NCBI GenBank assembly: GCA_964499285.1
Contig: CAZCLA010000011.1
Coordinates: 20,720 to 84,719, forward strand
Length of the DNA: 64,000 nucleotides
Origin: an uncultured Melioribacteraceae bacterium
GTDB lineage: Bacteria; Bacteroidota; Ignavibacteria; Ignavibacteriales; Melioribacteraceae
Reading direction: 5' to 3'
A program made the position numbers and the translations under genes. Positions within the stretch are counted from its first letter, which is position 1; every line of letters starts with the position of its first letter. Below, piece by piece: positions 59,926 to 64,000 of the stretch. The notes under the pieces were generated by a model. The model ran no database searches and was not told where the DNA came from. It worked only from the letters and a program-made list of their open reading frames with translations.

Positions 59926-60143
59926 ATGGATTCATTATAATTTTTGTATGTTTTCACTTGAAATCACTTTATCCGTATTATATTTTTTATATTCATTTTT
60001 GGGAGTAAGGAATAGAAGGGATAGTTTCAAAAATAGAAAGCAAAGATTATTATGTAATTTCCCCTGTTAAAGAATTAACATACCGTTGCAACCTGCCTGG
60101 AAGATTCAAAAAACAGTTTGAATTAAAAAAAGATAAACAGCGA

Positions 60144-60968
60144 GTGTTGGATATCGTAACCGTAGGAGATTCTGTTGAGTTCAATTTGAATGATGGTAAT
60201 ACCGGAACAATAGTTTCGGTGAAACCAAGGACAAACTATATATCCCGCAAAGCTCCGAGGATAAAAGGCTCATCTAAACGAGGTGAAAGATTGGAGCAAA
60301 TTATCTGTGCAAATGTTGATAATCTGATTGTTGTTGCAAGCATCAATTCTCCTCAATTTAACAATCGCCAATTAGATAGATTTGTAGTATGCGGTGAAAC
60401 AGCCGGAGTTAACACGATAATCGTTATAAATAAATCTGATCTCGACAAACGTAGAGAAATTCCTTATTGGGAACGGTTATATATCTCCATTGGTTATGAA
60501 ATTATTACTACTTCTGCCGTCCGCAGTTATGGAATAGAAAAATTGAAAATGACAATAGATGGAAAGAAAAGTTTGTTTTGGGGAGTATCCGGTGTCGGCA
60601 AATCGTCTTTATTAAATTCAATGTATCCAGAGCTTGATTTCAAAACAACGGAGATAAGTAATTGGAGCAATAAGGGGCGTCACACTACAGTCACTAGTTT
60701 TATGGAAAAAGTAGGGGATAACACTTTTATTATCGATTCCCCCGGAGTTCGTGAAATAGAGCCGTTCGGGATAAAGAAGCATGATCTTTCACATTATTTT
60801 ATTGAATTCAAAGATTACGTGAACGAATGTAAATTTAACACTTGCACTCATTATCATGAACCCGGATGTGCAGTTGTTGAAGCAGTTGAAAATAATTTTA
60901 TTTCTGTGGAAAGATATGAGAGCTACTTATATTTGCTTGATTCAATTGAAGAGGATATTATTTTTTAG
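60144..60968 (+). CDS. rsgA: Ribosome small-subunit biogenesis GTPase RsgA (the true start is probably upstream, near 60012)
   Basis: Circularly permuted GTPase motifs NKSDL, GVSGVGKSSLLNS, DSPG. Zn motif CKFNTCTHYHEPGC. The frame is open back to 60009 and encodes the OB domain without a canonical start (see findings). Confidence 0.9.
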   Translation: MLDIVTVGDSVEFNLNDGNTGTIVSVKPRTNYISRKAPRIKGSSKRGERLEQIICANVDNLIVVASINSPQFNNRQLDRFVVCGETAGVNTIIVINKSDLDKRREIPYWERLYISIGYEIITTSAVRSYGIEKLKMTIDGKKSLFWGVSGVGKSSLLNSMYPELDFKTTEISNWSNKGRHTTVTSFMEKVGDNTFIIDSPGVREIEPFGIKKHDLSHYFIEFKDYVNECKFNTCTHYHEPGCAVVEAVENNFISVERYESYLYLLDSIEEDIIF

Positions 60969-61908
60969 TTACAACAGTCTCAAATAATTTCTCGGCAAAG
61001 TCACGTACAATTCGATCCGGCACACCATCAGGATGTTTTGATTTAAATCTAAAATCACACTGATCATTGACAAAATCGATGGCTACAAATTCATCATCAC
61101 TATTGATTGTGAATTCTGATGAAAAGTAGTCCATTTTTGTTATCGCTGCTATTTTTTTTGTCGACTCAACAATTTCTTCAATCTCAAAATCCAAATATTC
61201 TTGATTAGTGATTTCACGGTAGATGTGAGTTTTATCGTCCCACCAAACCGGTATAATCTCACCGAGCAGATAGAATACTCGCAGCCAGGCTCTTCCGAAA
61301 TCCAAATCTACGGTATCGACCTTTTTCTGAATTAAATAATGATCATCCGGAAGTTCCTGCCGAATTTTCTGAATCTCTTCATATGAATAAACATTTTCAT
61401 ACACACCGTCACCGCCTCCCGTATAATAAGATGGCTTTACCACAAATGGTAGTCCGATTTTTTCGAGCCTGGATTTTGAAATCTTATAATTTGGTTTCTG
61501 GAGATAAGGGGGAAGTATGTAAGTTGTGGGAAAATTTAACTCAGTCCGTTTAAGTTTTTTATATGTTTTTACTTTATCGACTGATTCTTCCACAATAGAA
61601 TAAGGATTTATTACAATTGTATCTTTCGAAGTGATAAGCTGTGCCAGCGGTTCGAACAATTCGTCCTCATCAGAAGCCCTATCAAGATAATATTCGAAGA
61701 ACAACTCGTTATTCGAAACTTTATTCAAAGTCTCGTGTACATTATATTGATGGACAATATAAGTAGTGGAACCTCGTGCTTGAAAGATTTGTTCAATTAG
61801 ATCGATTAAATCTTTATCGTACTTCCATTTATATGCTATTGCCAGACTAAATTTTTGCATTTTCATAAAAAATTTTACAAAGATATCCAATCTGTGATTG
61901 GTTATCAA
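60958..61908 (-). CDS. ATP-grasp fold protein of unknown specificity
   Basis: LPFVVKPSYYTGGGDGVY (Lys plus a Gly-rich loop), HYLIQKKV, and DYFSSEF...FVAIDFVND (Mg/ATP ligand region). The start may be the internal MKMQKF (61866). Confidence 0.6.
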   Translation of the reverse strand: MITNHRLDIFVKFFMKMQKFSLAIAYKWKYDKDLIDLIEQIFQARGSTTYIVHQYNVHETLNKVSNNELFFEYYLDRASDEDELFEPLAQLITSKDTIVINPYSIVEESVDKVKTYKKLKRTELNFPTTYILPPYLQKPNYKISKSRLEKIGLPFVVKPSYYTGGGDGVYENVYSYEEIQKIRQELPDDHYLIQKKVDTVDLDFGRAWLRVFYLLGEIIPVWWDDKTHIYREITNQEYLDFEIEEIVESTKKIAAITKMDYFSSEFTINSDDEFVAIDFVNDQCDFRFKSKHPDGVPDRIVRDFAEKLFETVVTKK

Positions 61909-61962
61909 TATTTTGTCTTGTGATTCGACAGCGGAAATTATAAATTCTTTCTTTAAATAAAG

Positions 61963-63768
61963 GTGAAAATGAAACGTTACATTATTTTTTCGATATTTCT
62001 TACTGTTTTCTTACTCGGTTCGGTATCTGCTCAAGTTAACGAAAACCAGGAAAACGCTGCCGCGGATTCTACGGATAGAGCGTTAAGAGCAGAGCAGCAT
62101 GTTATTAACGGAGCCCTTGCGGAGATGAATAATAATTATGCCGAAGCAATCTTGGAATATCAGGATGCACTTAAGTTGGATCCTCAACCTGGCATTCATT
62201 ATTCTCTTGCAAAAAATTATTATAAAATCGGAAAACTTGCTGCCGCACTGAATCATTCCCAAAGTTCGGTTGAGATGGATCGAGATAATACGGAATACTT
62301 GGGATTATTAGCTACAATTTACGGTCATGCCGGTAAAATTGATTCGGCAGCCACCGTGTTTGAAAAAATCATATCGATTGATTCAACTGATGTTACCGCA
62401 TATTATAATTTAGCAAGCATTTATGAGACGGATAAGCCCCTAAAGGCATTAGAAATATATAATCATATTTTGGATTTTACTGGTCCAGATTGGGCGGTTC
62501 TTGTTAAAATTGCTGATTTAAACGAAAGAATGGGTGATATTCCGGCTACAATAAAAACTTTAGAGGATTTGCTCGCTCTGAATCCAAGTAGTCTTGAGCT
62601 GCACAAACTTCTAATTGAATCGCTCATTAAAAACAAACAGTTTGACGAAGCAATAAAGACTACCGATGAAGTTATTGTTCTCTTTCCGGAAGATCTAAAT
62701 TTGATCGAATTTAAAGCAAATGCTCTTGTTCAAAAAGGTGATTGGAAAGAAGGTGCGGCGGAGTATAAAAAACTTGTTTCCGATGAATCACTTCCCTTCA
62801 ATTCAAAAGTTAGAATCGCCGGAGCATTTATAAAGCATGCCCTAGATGATTCTACCTTGATCCCAATAGCATATGATGTAATTAAAACTGTTGATCGAGA
62901 TTCGAGCGATTGGCAAATAAAAGCAATGATTGCTGAGATCTATGGAATGGAAGGAAAAGATTCCCTCGCTGTCGAGCAGTTGAAAACTGCAATTAATCTT
63001 GCTGAGTGGAATTCGGATATTTGGGTTAAACTAGGAGTTTTACTTTTTGAGAGCGGAAGATTTGAGGATGCCGCTGAGGAAATGTCGGCTGCGGTTAAAA
63101 AATTTCCGAACGATTATTTCGTAAACTTTATTTTGGGATTTTCAAAATCCCAGTTAAATCTTCACGAAGAAGCTCAGCCGTATCTTCAGAAAGCCGTTGT
63201 ATTAAATCCAAATGATCCTAATGTACTTTCTGTGTATGCTTTCACACTCAATCAATTGAAAAGAGAAGACGAAGCATTAAGTTATATAAACAAAGCATTG
63301 AGATTTGATCCGAATAACAGTCAGCTCTTAGGTATGGCTGGTATGATTTACGATAATAAGGAAATGTGGGTGGAATGCGATTCATCATATGAAAGGGCAT
63401 TACGTCTCGATCCCGAAAGCGCACTTTTGTTGAACAACTATGCTTATTCACTTTCCGAAAGAGGGATTCAGCTTGAGCGAGCTTTAGAAATGGTTCAAAA
63501 ATCTATAGAGCAGGACCCCGAAAATTCATCTTATCTCGATACGATAGGATGGGTATATTACAAACTTGGTGAGTATGATAAAGCTGCAAGCTATATTTTA
63601 AAAGCAATCGAAATTGACGAGAACAACGCAACGCTTCTCGATCATCTTGGTGATGTTTATCTAAAACAGAACAAACTCAACAAAGCGATTGAAATGTGGA
63701 AGAAGGCTCAAGAATTGGATCCGGATAACGATAAAATCAATAGCAAAATCGGCGATAAAAAAATATGA
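61963..63768 (+). CDS. Secreted TPR repeat protein
   Basis: Signal peptide (IFLTVFLLGSVSAQ) followed by more than 10 TPR-like repeats. 601 aa. Confidence 0.75.
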   Translation: MKMKRYIIFSIFLTVFLLGSVSAQVNENQENAAADSTDRALRAEQHVINGALAEMNNNYAEAILEYQDALKLDPQPGIHYSLAKNYYKIGKLAAALNHSQSSVEMDRDNTEYLGLLATIYGHAGKIDSAATVFEKIISIDSTDVTAYYNLASIYETDKPLKALEIYNHILDFTGPDWAVLVKIADLNERMGDIPATIKTLEDLLALNPSSLELHKLLIESLIKNKQFDEAIKTTDEVIVLFPEDLNLIEFKANALVQKGDWKEGAAEYKKLVSDESLPFNSKVRIAGAFIKHALDDSTLIPIAYDVIKTVDRDSSDWQIKAMIAEIYGMEGKDSLAVEQLKTAINLAEWNSDIWVKLGVLLFESGRFEDAAEEMSAAVKKFPNDYFVNFILGFSKSQLNLHEEAQPYLQKAVVLNPNDPNVLSVYAFTLNQLKREDEALSYINKALRFDPNNSQLLGMAGMIYDNKEMWVECDSSYERALRLDPESALLLNNYAYSLSERGIQLERALEMVQKSIEQDPENSSYLDTIGWVYYKLGEYDKAASYILKAIEIDENNATLLDHLGDVYLKQNKLNKAIEMWKKAQELDPDNDKINSKIGDKKI

Positions 63769-64000
63769 ATAACAAACTCCTTCTCGCATCAGTTTTAGTT
63801 TTAATTTTACTCAGTGTTGAATCTTGTGTTCCTTCAAAACCGGAATACGAGGAAAGAATATTGACTTCAACACGATTGATTAAAAAGTTGGAAGCAAACC
63901 GAAGAGCGATAAAGACCTTTAATGCTGTCGGTACTATGGATGTTGATAGTAAAGAATTCGGAGGTTCAGCTACATTTGAAGTTACGCTTAAGAAACCGGA
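63765..64000 (+). CDS. Lipoprotein, partial (LolB-like / DUF4292-like?). Runs off the window end
   Basis: ATGA overlap with the TPR gene. MNNKLLLASVLVLILLSVESC lipobox. The family guess rests only on position and N-terminal sequence. Confidence 0.5.
   Translation, partial: MNNKLLLASVLVLILLSVESCVPSKPEYEERILTSTRLIKKLEANRRAIKTFNAVGTMDVDSKEFGGSATFEVTLKKP

Noticed and set aside
1-64000. CRISPR arrays, tRNA/rRNA genes, IS elements, prophage or integrase genes
   Set aside because: I looked through every intergenic region over 90 nt and found no regularly spaced direct repeats, cloverleaf-like GC-rich segments, terminal inverted repeats or transposase/integrase ORFs. This was by eye only; tRNAscan, Infernal and ISfinder would confirm it.

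Overview
This is a low-GC (about 35% by eye), densely packed 64 kb chromosomal window with about 62 protein-coding genes. They sit in long co-directional strings, and many neighbours share 1-11 nt start/stop overlaps. The content is almost entirely core housekeeping:
- Translation: efp, argS, ileS, cysS, rplU-rpmA, rsfS, rsgA, rluD.
- Lipid and isoprenoid synthesis: accB-accC, dxs.
- Nucleotide metabolism: guaA, class II B12-dependent ribonucleotide reductase, purine nucleoside phosphorylase, surE, mazG.
- DNA metabolism: xseA-xseB, radC, comF.
- Envelope functions: lspA, a TonB-dependent receptor, T9SS cargo, LysM, vWA and TPR proteins.

Three things point to a member of the FCB group, probably Ignavibacteria-like: a T9SS C-terminal sorting domain (NYPNPFNPSTKISF...), a CarboxypepD_reg-type TonB receptor, and the overall gene set. 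This is an inference; no rRNA is present to confirm it. I found no rRNA, tRNA, CRISPR array, IS element, integrase or prophage, and no recognisable defence island.

The parts worth a second look are small and scattered:
1. A translationally coupled aspartate-ammonia-lyase-like gene and hydF, with no hydE, hydG or hydA in the window.
2. A DksA/TraR-type protein with a histone-H1-like SPKK/lysine-rich N-terminal extension and a rearranged Cys pattern, in an ileS-dksA-lspA-rluD string that mirrors the Bacillus ylmE-divIVA-ileS-ylyA-lspA-ylyB order.
3. A motif-permuted orphan DNA methyltransferase wedged between a TonB receptor and xseA.
4. A tandem pair of similar coiled-coil envelope proteins, one lipid-anchored and one carrying LysM.
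5. An exported lipoprotein with an extreme Tyr/Trp-rich block and an Arg/Ser/Pro-rich tail.
6. Two conserved genes (phoH, rsgA) whose conserved N-termini have no in-frame ATG/GTG/TTG, so they may use ATA or ATT starts.

None of these is proven to be a new system. All functional calls rest on motif recognition by eye, without database searches.
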